Below, piece by piece: positions 48,745 to 61,384 of a DNA stretch of 64,000 nucleotides. Positions within the stretch are counted from its first letter, which is position 1, and every line of letters starts with the position of its first letter. The notes below the pieces were generated by a model. That model was not told where the DNA came from. It did no database searches and saw nothing but the letters and a program-made list of their open reading frames with translations. The DNA is taken from contig CAVSGP010000015.1 in NCBI GenBank assembly GCA_963727505.1, positions 32,001 through 96,000 on the forward strand, written 5' to 3'. A program made the translations under genes and the position numbers. The stretch is from an uncultured Trueperaceae bacterium. GTDB lineage: Bacteria; Deinococcota; Deinococci; Deinococcales; Trueperaceae.

Positions 48745-49557
48745 ATGTACCGACTCCGGCTCCGTCAAGACCCTGTCGGCAGCGCGCCCGATCAGCTCGC
48801 CCCGGCCCGCGCCGCCACCCGAACCGGCACGCGCCATGGCACGCGCCCTTCCGGCGCGACCCGCGCCCTGGTCATCGCCCTGGTCCGCGCCGCGTTCCTC
48901 GTCACGGCCCTGCTCGCCTCCGCGAGCCTCGCCGCCACCACCGTTCCGGCCTCGGAGGGTGGGCACCGTTCCCACCCCGCGCGCGCCGGCGCCGAAGCGC
49001 TCCACCTCGCCGCGCTCGACATCACCTTGTACCGCGTCGCGCCCGACGACCTCGCCCGCATCCACGGCGGGTTCTGTACCACCTGCTCGGACGGCGGTGG
49101 CGGGGGCGGCGGCGGAGGCGGCACCGGCTCCAGCGGCTCGCCCACCGCGACCGGAACTCCCTACTGGGAGACCTACCGCGTGTCGCTCAGCTCGAGCTCC
49201 ACGACGCCCTCGTCGCTGGTCAACAAGATCAACAATTACTCCGACTACCTCATCAACGGCACCTTCCAGTACACGCGCAAGATCGTGCGGGACGTGCAGT
49301 TCTCCGGTGGATACGCCAGCTTTGTGAAGGCGTCCATCGGCGGCGAAGTGAGCGAGTCCATCCAGACCTCGGTCACCTACCCGATCGCGGCGCACACCTA
49401 CGGCAAGCTCTACGTGAAGTACCGGACCGAACGACGAACCTACTACGGGCACGAGTACCAGGACTTCACCGACGGCACCCGAACCGTGGTGGGCAGTGAG
49501 TCGGGCCCCTACCTCAGCACCTCGACCGTCCTCGGCTACGTGACGGGCGCGCTGTAG
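48745..49557 (+). CDS. Exported precursor protein: signal-like segment, double-glycine motif, CxxC, poly-Gly linker and Ser/Thr/Tyr-rich beta domain
   Basis: SD GGGAGG; hydrophobic segment ending ASLA|A; VAPDDLARIHGG (GG at 49066-49071) followed by FCTTCSDG10. Confidence 0.8.
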   Translation: MYRLRLRQDPVGSAPDQLAPARAATRTGTRHGTRPSGATRALVIALVRAAFLVTALLASASLAATTVPASEGGHRSHPARAGAEALHLAALDITLYRVAPDDLARIHGGFCTTCSDGGGGGGGGGGTGSSGSPTATGTPYWETYRVSLSSSSTTPSSLVNKINNYSDYLINGTFQYTRKIVRDVQFSGGYASFVKASIGGEVSESIQTSVTYPIAAHTYGKLYVKYRTERRTYYGHEYQDFTDGTRTVVGSESGPYLSTSTVLGYVTGAL

Positions 49558-49624
49558 CGGCGCGCGGCGGCCGCTGGGGACGCGTCGCGTCCCCGGCGGC
49601 ACGCCGAACCGAAAGGAGAGATCC

Positions 49625-50695
49625 ATGTCCAGCCCGCACGCAGAAGCGGGCCCCGGTCCCGCGGGTCTCCTCGAAGCGATCGGCTGCATGATCAAGACGG
49701 CCACCACCAGCGCCGTCTCCAGCACCGTCGCCAGCACCGTCGCCAGCACCGTCGCCACTGCCATCCTGGCCCTCGCCGTCGCCGCGGGCCCGTCGACGGC
49801 CCGGGCCGAGGCCGGCCTCACGCTCGCCCCGGGCATCGCTTTCGCCTGGACCGCTCCCACCGCCGAAGGGCTGCTGACGTTCCGGTTCGAGCGCGGGCCC
49901 TCGCCCCGGGAGCCGATCACGGGTGTCGGTGTCACCGCACGCCATCTCACGATCACCGGCTACCGGCTGGGGCCCGATGACGACCGGCTCAGCCTGCGCG
50001 TCCGCGCCGACGCGACCGGCGTGATCGAGGTGCCGTCATTGGTGATCCGCACCCGCTACGCGCCCCCGCAGCGGCTCCGAACCGGTGCCGCCGAGGTGAT
50101 CGCGCTGACGCGGGCGGACGGCCCGCTGCGGCTCATGAGTTGGACGAGCGACGACGAGCTGGGTCTGTACGCGGTCTTCGCGCTGGTCAACGACGCGGCG
50201 GTTCCCGTGACGGTGCGGAGCCTGCGCTACGCACCGGAACCGCTGGACCGTGGCCTGGCGCTGGTGGGGACGGGCCCTCCGGCCTCGTTCCCCGCCTGGA
50301 AGACGGCCGTGCTGCGACGCATGGCGCCCGCCTTCGCCGCCTACCTCGAGGGCCATGGGCGAACATCCGCCATGTCGGCCCGGCCGGTGCCACCGCCCTC
50401 GCTGGCCTTCCCGCTGCGCGGCGACCTCGCCGGAGCGTCGTGGAACGCGCCCGACGCGCTCGCGGTGCAGCTCGAGCCGGGCGCCGCCCTCTTCGTCGCC
50501 ATCACCCCCGCCGCCTTCAAGAGCTACGTGCACGACCTGGCCATCCACGCGTCGCCGGTGGTGGGATTCACGCTCGGGGCCGACGCGGATTGTTGCGAGC
50601 TCCAGGGCGTCCCTGCCGCGATCCAGCACCCGCCGCGGCTCCCTCCGTCCGGCGCACGGTCGCGCAGGGCAGGGCCGCACAGGGCAGGGCGATGA
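49625..50695 (+). CDS. Hypothetical exported protein
   Basis: SD AAAGGAG; hydrophobic segment AILALAVAAGPSTARA; stop overlaps the next start (ATGA). Confidence 0.65.
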   Translation: MSSPHAEAGPGPAGLLEAIGCMIKTATTSAVSSTVASTVASTVATAILALAVAAGPSTARAEAGLTLAPGIAFAWTAPTAEGLLTFRFERGPSPREPITGVGVTARHLTITGYRLGPDDDRLSLRVRADATGVIEVPSLVIRTRYAPPQRLRTGAAEVIALTRADGPLRLMSWTSDDELGLYAVFALVNDAAVPVTVRSLRYAPEPLDRGLALVGTGPPASFPAWKTAVLRRMAPAFAAYLEGHGRTSAMSARPVPPPSLAFPLRGDLAGASWNAPDALAVQLEPGAALFVAITPAAFKSYVHDLAIHASPVVGFTLGADADCCELQGVPAAIQHPPRLPPSGARSRRAGPHRAGR

Positions 50696-52038
50696 GCGCG
50701 CTCACCCGGGGCGGCGGCGTCAGGCACGTCAACGCCCCGGCCGCCACCCTGGCCGCGATCCTGGCCGCCGTCCTTCCGTCGGTCGCGGTGGCGGCCGCCC
50801 CGGCGTGGCTCACCGACGTCAGGGACGCCGCCTACTCCCGCGCACGAGCGCCCCTGGAGGGCGAGATCCTCGACGCCGCCGTGCGAGAACGGCGGCGCGC
50901 CGCCGCGGGCGCGCTCCCATCGCTCCGCCTCAACGAACGCAGCCATCTGGGGCTCGACGGCGTCTACGGGCTCACGCTGGACGCCGGCGTCGCCATCCCC
51001 CTCCTGGCCCCCACGGTCCCGGCCGATGCCCTCGTCACGACGCTGCGCCTCGCCATCACCCGGCGCCAGCTCGCCGCCCAGCGTCGGGCCGAGGTCCATG
51101 ACGCTCTCGCTCAGGCCGCCGCGCTGCTGGCCGCGCGGGCGCGCAGGCGGGCTCTGGACGGCCTCGCGAGCGCACTCGCTGGCCGCGGCCCGCCCGCGGG
51201 TGCCGGCAGCCGCATGCCCGGCCGAGCCGAGACGCCGGCTCGGTTCGGCGCGGACACCTCCCCGAGCCTGACGAGCGACCGCATGCGCGCCGTCGTCGAC
51301 GCCCGCCTCCTGCTGGCCGGGCGCGAAGCTCAGGGGAGGGAAGCGCGGCGTACGCGCGCGGAGCTCGTGAGGTCGTTGTCGCTCACGCTGCCCGCCGTCG
51401 ATCGGCTGGCCGCTCCACCGCGGGCTGCCCACGGTCCCCTGCTCGGCGTGCTCGGCTTCACCGCGGCCGAGCTCCAGCCACGCCGTTGCCAGGTCGCCAG
51501 CGACGCGGTCGTGCTGGCCCACCTGTCCGCAGCCGAGCAGCGCGCCAGTAGCCGTCTCCGGGAGGCACGTGCGGCGCCGCGGGTCGACCTCGAGCTCGGT
51601 GGCGCGGTCGATCTCGGCGGCACCGAGCCCGTCGCCCGCTACACCTTGCGCGTGGCCGCTTCGGTCCGGCTTCCGCCGTGGAGCCCCGCTTCGGGCGCCG
51701 CCTCGCTGTCTGCCGGCGCGTCGGGCCTGGAGCAGGAGACGACGCTGACCTGGCCGAACCGCACGCCCGGACCGCCGCCGCCACCGGGCCCCTCGACGGA
51801 TCCTGTCGTCGAGGCGGAGCGCGCCGTGCGCGCCCAGCTCGCTCGCCTGCAGGGCCAGGAGGCTGACCTGGCGCGCCGCCGCGCCGTGCTTCGTGCGGCG
51901 CTGGCGACCGTTCGCGGCGATCCGCCCGACGGTGCCTACCTGCGCGCCACCCTCGCGCTACAGCTCGCCGACACCGAGCAGGCCCTCGACCTCACCGCGC
52001 TCGACGCAGCCCTGTTGTGCAGCGCGCTGCCCCCGTGA
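50692..52038 (+). CDS. Divergent TolC/outer-membrane efflux-like protein
   Basis: Signal peptide; two repeats of helix-P.L.L beta hairpin (LPSLRLN...GLTLDAGVAIPLL; APRVDLELGG...LRVAASVRLP) followed by long Ala/Arg/Leu coiled-coil helices. Confidence 0.5.
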   Translation: MSALTRGGGVRHVNAPAATLAAILAAVLPSVAVAAAPAWLTDVRDAAYSRARAPLEGEILDAAVRERRRAAAGALPSLRLNERSHLGLDGVYGLTLDAGVAIPLLAPTVPADALVTTLRLAITRRQLAAQRRAEVHDALAQAAALLAARARRRALDGLASALAGRGPPAGAGSRMPGRAETPARFGADTSPSLTSDRMRAVVDARLLLAGREAQGREARRTRAELVRSLSLTLPAVDRLAAPPRAAHGPLLGVLGFTAAELQPRRCQVASDAVVLAHLSAAEQRASSRLREARAAPRVDLELGGAVDLGGTEPVARYTLRVAASVRLPPWSPASGAASLSAGASGLEQETTLTWPNRTPGPPPPPGPSTDPVVEAERAVRAQLARLQGQEADLARRRAVLRAALATVRGDPPDGAYLRATLALQLADTEQALDLTALDAALLCSALPP

Positions 52039-53738
52039 TCGACCAGGAACCGGACCGAGACGCCGGCCCACCGCGTCCCTCCCCGGCGACGGGCGGCGTC
52101 GCCGCCGCGCGCCTCCCGGTCCGGTATCGTGCTGGACGTGGACGACCCCCGTCAGGACCCCGGGCGACGCACCGTGGACCCTGCCCACGTGGACCCAGCC
52201 CAGTGGACCCTGCCCCCGAGCGGTCCGGGGGCACGGCGCGCCCGCGAGTTTCACGTCCGCGCCGCGTGGGCGTGGTCGGCGCCGGCATCACCGGGCTGAC
52301 GGCCGCCTACCGCCTGGAACGCAATCACCCGGATTGGGAGGTGGTCGTGTTCGAGGCCGAACCGCACGTAGGCGGCAAGGCGCGCACCTCCGTGAAGGAC
52401 GGCTACACCGTCGATTGGGGGCCCAACGGGTTCCTCGCGTCCGCGCCGGAGACGCTGGACCTCGTGCGCGACCTCGGCCTGGACGAAGCGCTCCAGCCCG
52501 CCGCCGACAGCGCGCGCCGGCGCTTCCTCTACCGCGACGGCAGCCTGCGACCCCTGCCCACGAGCCCGCCGGGCTTCCTCGCCAGCGAGGTCGTGCCCCT
52601 CCACGGGCGCGTGCGGGCCGCGCTGGAGGTCGTGCTGGCGTCCCGCGGCGCCGGCGAGGAGACCGTCCACGCTTTCCTGGCGCGGCACTTCGGGCGCAGC
52701 TTCGCCGATGCGCTGGCCGACGCCTTCGTCTCGGGCGTCACCGCCGGCGACGCGCGCGAGCTGAGCGTCGACGCGCTGTTCCCGCGCCTTCGAGCCCTGG
52801 AGCGCGGGCACCGGAGCCTCGTGCGGGCGATGATCGCGCAGCAGCAAGCGGCGAGACGCGCGCGCACAGCGGCCGATCCGGCGCGGGAAGCGACCATCCC
52901 GAGCGGCCGCCTGACGTCGTTCCGGGGCGGCGGCATGCAGCGCCTGGTCGACGCGCTTCGCGCCGCGCTGAAGGGCGAGGTCCGTCTCGGCACGCGCGTC
53001 GAGGGGCTCGAGCCTCTCGGCAGCGAGCACGTTGGCGGGCCCGGCGACGGGGACCGTGACGGGAACCGCTACCGCCTCCGGGTCGCCGCTGTCGCGCCGG
53101 CCCAGGTATCGCGGACCGGCGCGGCAGGGCGCGCCGGAGGCAGCTTCGATGCCTTCGACGACGTCGTCCTCACCACTCCGGCAGCGGCCACCGCGGCGCT
53201 GCTGCGGCCGCACCTCCCGGCCGCCGCCGAGGCGCTGGCCGCCATCCCCTACGCCGGCGTGCGCGTCTTCGGCCTCGGCTTCGACCGCATCGACGTTCCG
53301 CGCGCGCTCGACGGCTTCGGCTTCCTGGTGCCGCGCGGGCAGGGCGTGCGCAGCCTCGGGGTGCTGTGGACCTCGAGCCTCTACCCCGAGCGCGCGCCGG
53401 CGGGAAAGGTGCTCCTCAGGGTGCTGGCGGGCGGACGGCTCGACCCCTCGATGCTCGAGCTCGACGACGATGCGGCGCTCGCCAGCGTGCGACGCGACCT
53501 CCGCGTCAGCATGGGCATCACCGTGGCGCCGTCGTTCGTGGAGACGGTGCGCTGGCCGCAGGCCATCCCCCAGTACACGCTGGGCCACGCCGAACGCCTC
53601 AGCGCCGTCGAGGTGGCGCTCGAAGCGCTGCCCGGCGTCCACCTGGCGGGCAACGCCTACCGCGGGGTAGGCGTCAACGACTGCGTGCGGGATGCGGTGC
53701 GGGTGGAAGAGCTGCTGTCCGGCGGACGCTCCGCCTGA
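52035..53738 (+). CDS. hemY: HemY-type protoporphyrinogen/coproporphyrinogen oxidase (start uncertain)
   Basis: VVGAGITGLTAAY, GG.ART, DWGPNGF, GFGFLVPR, RWPQAIPQY..GH, AGNAYRGVGVNDC. Confidence 0.92.
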   Translation: MIDQEPDRDAGPPRPSPATGGVAAARLPVRYRAGRGRPPSGPRATHRGPCPRGPSPVDPAPERSGGTARPRVSRPRRVGVVGAGITGLTAAYRLERNHPDWEVVVFEAEPHVGGKARTSVKDGYTVDWGPNGFLASAPETLDLVRDLGLDEALQPAADSARRRFLYRDGSLRPLPTSPPGFLASEVVPLHGRVRAALEVVLASRGAGEETVHAFLARHFGRSFADALADAFVSGVTAGDARELSVDALFPRLRALERGHRSLVRAMIAQQQAARRARTAADPAREATIPSGRLTSFRGGGMQRLVDALRAALKGEVRLGTRVEGLEPLGSEHVGGPGDGDRDGNRYRLRVAAVAPAQVSRTGAAGRAGGSFDAFDDVVLTTPAAATAALLRPHLPAAAEALAAIPYAGVRVFGLGFDRIDVPRALDGFGFLVPRGQGVRSLGVLWTSSLYPERAPAGKVLLRVLAGGRLDPSMLELDDDAALASVRRDLRVSMGITVAPSFVETVRWPQAIPQYTLGHAERLSAVEVALEALPGVHLAGNAYRGVGVNDCVRDAVRVEELLSGGRSA

Positions 53739-53848
53739 GACACAACGGCGCGCCGCCGGGGACAGCATCCTGCAGAGCTCTCGACGAACGTCGGCGCGGA
53801 CCTCCGGGTCCGCGCCGACGCGTCAAGGGATCTGTGATCAGCTCGCGC

Positions 53849-54700
53849 TCAGTACACGGTGCTCCCGTTGTACGTGAGGCTGAAGCTGTTGCAACCCGTG
53901 TAGTTGATGGCCATCGTGTTGCCCGAGGTGTCCTTGTAGTTCACCGTGCCGCTGTCGAAGCCGCCGCACGAGTTCGAGTAGTGGACGCCGCCGGACTGAC
54001 GGGTCAGCTCGTAGGTGCCGTCGCTGTCCTGGAAGGTCACCTTGCCGTCGAACATGAAGGTGCCGGCGTCGAACGGATTGGTGGTCCCGGCATCGGCCAT
54101 GTACGTCGGGGTGCCCTGCACCTCGAAGGACGCGTTGCCGCTCGAGTCGGAGACGTCGATGCGGAAGTCGTAGCTCAGCGCATAGTCGCCCGGGGCGTTC
54201 CTGGTGAGATCCCAGGTCAGGTTCTCCGTGAAGCTACTGGTACCGCTACTGTCGGTGAGCGTCATCTTGAGGTCCTTGATGGTCGCCGTGGTTCCGCTGT
54301 AGGGGTCGGCGTCGTTCTTGTCCTGCTCCGTCATGGAACCGGTGATCGAGTACGTGGTCCCGCCACTGGAGTTGCTGCAGTTGTAGGTAACGGTGGCGTT
54401 CGCGTACCAACCATCGCCGTCGGCGTCAACGGGACTGGCGGGGCTGCTCGTCGTGCAACTCGCTTGCGGCTGGAGCCCCGCGACACCCAGCGTCTGGAGG
54501 CCGATGCTCATCGGCGAGAACCCGGTCGGCGAGATCATGCTCGCCACGAGCTGATCGCCGATCAGCCCGGTGCTCGCCACCTGCGTCGCCGCCGCCTGGG
54601 TGAGCGGCTTCACGGGCGGGGTCGCGGAACCACAGCTCGCCAGAAGGATCGTCAAGACCACGCTCGACGCGGCGAGGATGCCAACAGAAATGCGTCTCAT
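53849..54700 (-). CDS. Hypothetical beta-rich lipoprotein
   Basis: Signal peptide with lipobox LAS|C; SD AAAGGAGA; Ser/Thr-rich; DADGDG motif. Confidence 0.8.
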   Translation of the reverse strand: MRRISVGILAASSVVLTILLASCGSATPPVKPLTQAAATQVASTGLIGDQLVASMISPTGFSPMSIGLQTLGVAGLQPQASCTTSSPASPVDADGDGWYANATVTYNCSNSSGGTTYSITGSMTEQDKNDADPYSGTTATIKDLKMTLTDSSGTSSFTENLTWDLTRNAPGDYALSYDFRIDVSDSSGNASFEVQGTPTYMADAGTTNPFDAGTFMFDGKVTFQDSDGTYELTRQSGGVHYSNSCGGFDSGTVNYKDTSGNTMAINYTGCNSFSLTYNGSTVY

Positions 54701-54821
54701 ATACTCTCTCCTTTCGGCCTGCCCACCCTAGTCGCTCGGCCCGTTCGCCTGCTGTGCATTTCTCACGGAAGACTCATGGCATCTCCGCTTAGGGCCCAGA
54801 TCGATTTGCTGGGTCACGACG

Positions 54822-54830
54822 TGCTACAAT
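54822..54830 (+). promoter_or_regulatory. Extended -10 promoter element for the rpsF operon
   Basis: TG-C-TACAAT about 230 nt upstream of rpsF. Confidence 0.55.
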
Positions 54831-54917
54831 TCGAATTTGCCGCGCCAGCCAACGGCTACCGGGTGCTCACAGCATCCCGGAACCAGGTGACGCGGCATGC
54901 GAGCCCACGCTGGGGAG

Positions 54918-55055
54918 GGCTGTGAATCGAACCGAGGGCCGGCCGCGAGGTCGGGCCCGGTCGTTGCATGTCGGATGGGTAAGACGGGAGGCGCCAACGC
55001 CTCGACACCCGCTCTTCGCATCCGACGCGCCGCAGCCACCAGCCTCGAAAGGAGG
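54918..55055 (+). ncRNA. Structured 5' leader of rpsF (candidate cis-regulatory RNA)
   Basis: Closing stem GGCTGTG/CGCAGCC, a GCGA-tetraloop hairpin, GTCGGATG/CATCCGAC stem with nested helices, and CCTC-GAAAG-GAGG hairpin over the SD. Confidence 0.4.
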
Positions 55056-55060
55056 TGCCT

Positions 55061-55408
55061 ATGTCCGATACGACCTACGACCTGAACGTCATCCTGGAAC
55101 CGAATCTGAGCGAGCAACAGCTCCAGACCGAGAAGGATGCCGTCACGGCCCAGGTGGAACGCGCCGAAGGAGAGATCGTGGGGTTGGACGAGTGGGGCAA
55201 CCGTCGCCTCGCCTATCCGATCCGCAAGCTCAACGAGGGCTACTACCTGATCTACCGCCTACGCCTTTCCAGCGAAAAGCCGAAGGCGATCGAAACCGCC
55301 TTGCGTCAGCGTGATAACGTGATGCGCGTACTGGTGGTCAAGGACCGTCCCGAGTGGAAGACCCGCAAGGAGTCGCGGGAGAAGGTGGAGGCCGAGGCCG
55401 GCGCCTAG
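55061..55408 (+). CDS. rpsF: 30S ribosomal protein S6
   Basis: YDLNVILEP, WGNRRLAYPIRK, GYY, VMRVLVVK; SD GGAGGT. Confidence 0.97.
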   Translation: MSDTTYDLNVILEPNLSEQQLQTEKDAVTAQVERAEGEIVGLDEWGNRRLAYPIRKLNEGYYLIYRLRLSSEKPKAIETALRQRDNVMRVLVVKDRPEWKTRKESREKVEAEAGA

Positions 55409-55449
55409 CCGGCAGCGCGCCCCGTCTTCCTTGAGTCGAGGAGAGCTCC

Positions 55450-56271
55450 ATGGCACGAGGCCTGAACAACGTGTACCTGGCCGGCACCCTGGTGCAGGCG
55501 CCCGAGTTGCGCTATACACCCGGCGGCCTGGCCATCCTGGAGCTCAACCTGGCGGGCAACGACCACGTCCTCGGGGACGACGAGAAGATGCGTGAGTTGG
55601 CCTGGTACCACCGCGTCACCGTCTTCGGTGCGCAGGGCGAGTCCCTGGTGAACCAGCTCGAGGCCGGTACGCCCGTGTTCGTGGAGGGCCGGCTCAACTA
55701 CCGCAGCTGGGAGTCGCAGGAGGGGCAGCGTCGCGCCGCACTCGACGTGGTGGCGCAGCGCGTCGAGGTCCTCACCGTCGGCGCGCGGGGTGCCGAGTCC
55801 ACCGTGACCGACGCGAAGGGTCAGCATCGCCTGCGCGACGCGCTCAACGAGGTGCTTGTCATCGGCAACCTCACGCGCGACGCGGAGCTGCGCTACACCC
55901 CCAGCGGCAGCGCCGTGACCCGCTTCAGCGTCGCCGTGAACGATCGCTTCCGCGACCGTAGCGGCAACGACCAGGAGCGCACGCACTACGTCGACATCAA
56001 CGTGTGGCGCGAGCTGGCGGAGGCCACCGCGGAGCTCTCCAAGGGCGACCCGGTGTTCGTGATCGGCCGCCTCGTCAACGACTCATGGACGGACAAGGAA
56101 GGAAATCGGCGGTTCACGACGCGCGTGGAAGGCTCGCGCGTCGAGTTCCTGACCCGCGGTCCCGGTAGTGGTGGAGCCGGGACCCGCCCCGAGAAGGTGT
56201 CTCAGGGTGCCCAGGCGAGTCAGCTTGACATCGATGAAGAGTTCCCACCGGAAGAGGATCTGCCTTTCTAG
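55450..56271 (+). CDS. ssb: Single-stranded DNA-binding protein, Deinococcus-Thermus two-OB-fold type
   Basis: Two tandem ELRYTP OB folds, acidic tail EEDLPF. Confidence 0.97.
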   Translation: MARGLNNVYLAGTLVQAPELRYTPGGLAILELNLAGNDHVLGDDEKMRELAWYHRVTVFGAQGESLVNQLEAGTPVFVEGRLNYRSWESQEGQRRAALDVVAQRVEVLTVGARGAESTVTDAKGQHRLRDALNEVLVIGNLTRDAELRYTPSGSAVTRFSVAVNDRFRDRSGNDQERTHYVDINVWRELAEATAELSKGDPVFVIGRLVNDSWTDKEGNRRFTTRVEGSRVEFLTRGPGSGGAGTRPEKVSQGAQASQLDIDEEFPPEEDLPF

Positions 56272-56547
56272 ATGCCACGAGAACGAGATGCAAAAGACAA
56301 GCGCCGCCGCGGTGGCGGACGCCGCGGTCGTAGGCCGAAGGTTTGTGCGTTCTGCACGGGTGAACAAGAGATCATGGACTACCACGACGGGAGGATGTTG
56401 CGGCGCTTCATCTCCGACACCGCCAAGATCCTGCCCCGTCGTCGCACAGGCACGTGCGCCAAGCATCAGCGCCGGCTCGCGACCACCATCAAGCGCGCCC
56501 GGTCGCTAGCCATCATCCCGATCACGGAGAAGTTGGTGCGGAAGTGA
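56272..56547 (+). CDS. rpsR: 30S ribosomal protein S18
   Basis: CAFC, FISDTAKILPRRRTG, HQRRLATTIKRAR. Confidence 0.97.
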   Translation: MPRERDAKDKRRRGGGRRGRRPKVCAFCTGEQEIMDYHDGRMLRRFISDTAKILPRRRTGTCAKHQRRLATTIKRARSLAIIPITEKLVRK

Positions 56548-56993
56548 ACGTCATCCTGCTCGAACCCGTCGATGGCCTCGGTGAAGCCGGCGAGGTCGTG
56601 CGGGTGCGTCCAGGGTACGCCCGCAACTTCCTGGTACCGCAGGGGCTAGCGCTGCCGGCCACCGACACCAACCGCGCAGAACTCCAGGCGCGGCTGGCGC
56701 AACGCGCCCGCGTCCTCTCCGAACGCAAGGGCGACGCGGAGCGCTTGCAGCAGATGCTCGGCGAGGCCACCCTCGAGATCAGCGTGAAGGCCGGCGAGGA
56801 GCGCATCTACGGCTCGGTCGGCAACAAGGACATCGCGCAGGCGCTCAAGGCCGCGTACGACGTCGAGGTCGATCGCCGCAAGATCCTCTTGCAGGATCCG
56901 ATCAAGACGCTGGGCGAGTACGTCGTGCCCTACCGCCCCCACCCGGACGTCACCATCGACCTCAAGGTCCTGGTAAGGGCCGAGGAGGCCTAG
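56544..56993 (+). CDS. rplI: 50S ribosomal protein L9
   Basis: VILLE.V.GLG..G.VV.V.PGYARNFL.P, IYGSV, PIKTLG. Confidence 0.97.
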   Translation: MNVILLEPVDGLGEAGEVVRVRPGYARNFLVPQGLALPATDTNRAELQARLAQRARVLSERKGDAERLQQMLGEATLEISVKAGEERIYGSVGNKDIAQALKAAYDVEVDRRKILLQDPIKTLGEYVVPYRPHPDVTIDLKVLVRAEEA

Positions 56994-57112
56994 GGCGCGA
57001 TCCCCGCGGCCGTCTTCGGCCGCGGTCCGGGGTTCCCCCCAACGATCGCAACGCGGCCGGCAGGCTCCTAAAGAGCCTGCCGGCCGCGTTCTCGTGGTCG
57101 TCGGAGAGGCGC

Positions 57113-61021
<3,909 letters not shown>

Positions 61022-61169
61022 GCGTCTCTCCCGTACGGCATTGTCTACGAGCATACCCGATAGGGGCGTTGGTCAACGCGTTTCGGGTGCTTTCTCGAGG
61101 GTCGGGGTGAGTTCGGAGCGAGGTCGCCAGAACGGATGGGGGTGAGGTTTTCTCCAGGAAGGGACGGAG

Positions 61170-61384
61170 CCTCTATAACCGTAGGGGCTGTGGAAACTGT
61201 GGAGAAGTGCAACGATTCGCGATGGCGACGCATTTCACGGTGTGGACCGGATTGTGGAGAAGACGAAGTGCGCTGTGGACAACACTTCTGGTCATCCACA
61301 GGTCTCCACAGGGCGCCGTCGGGGGCGGGTTGTGCACAGGGAAGTCCACAGCCTCTCCACACGTTATCCACAGAGTTGTCCACA
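61170..61384. other. oriC: Chromosomal replication origin oriC (DnaA-box cluster)
   Basis: About 12 DnaA-box-like 9-mers in the dnaA-dnaN spacer: perfect TTATCCACA 61364-61372; TTGTCCACA 61376; TGTGGACAA 61274; TCATCCACA 61292; TGTGGAGAA 61198 and 61253; TGTGGAAAC 61189; others. Confidence 0.9.

Noticed and set aside
45869..52260. Mobile element call for the cassette inside the hem operon
   Set aside because: No integrase, transposase, terminal inverted repeats or target-site duplication seen.
54918..55037. 5S rRNA or SRP RNA (about 120-nt three-way junction)
   Set aside because: It lacks the conserved 5S and SRP sequence motifs, so it is kept only as a candidate rpsF leader.
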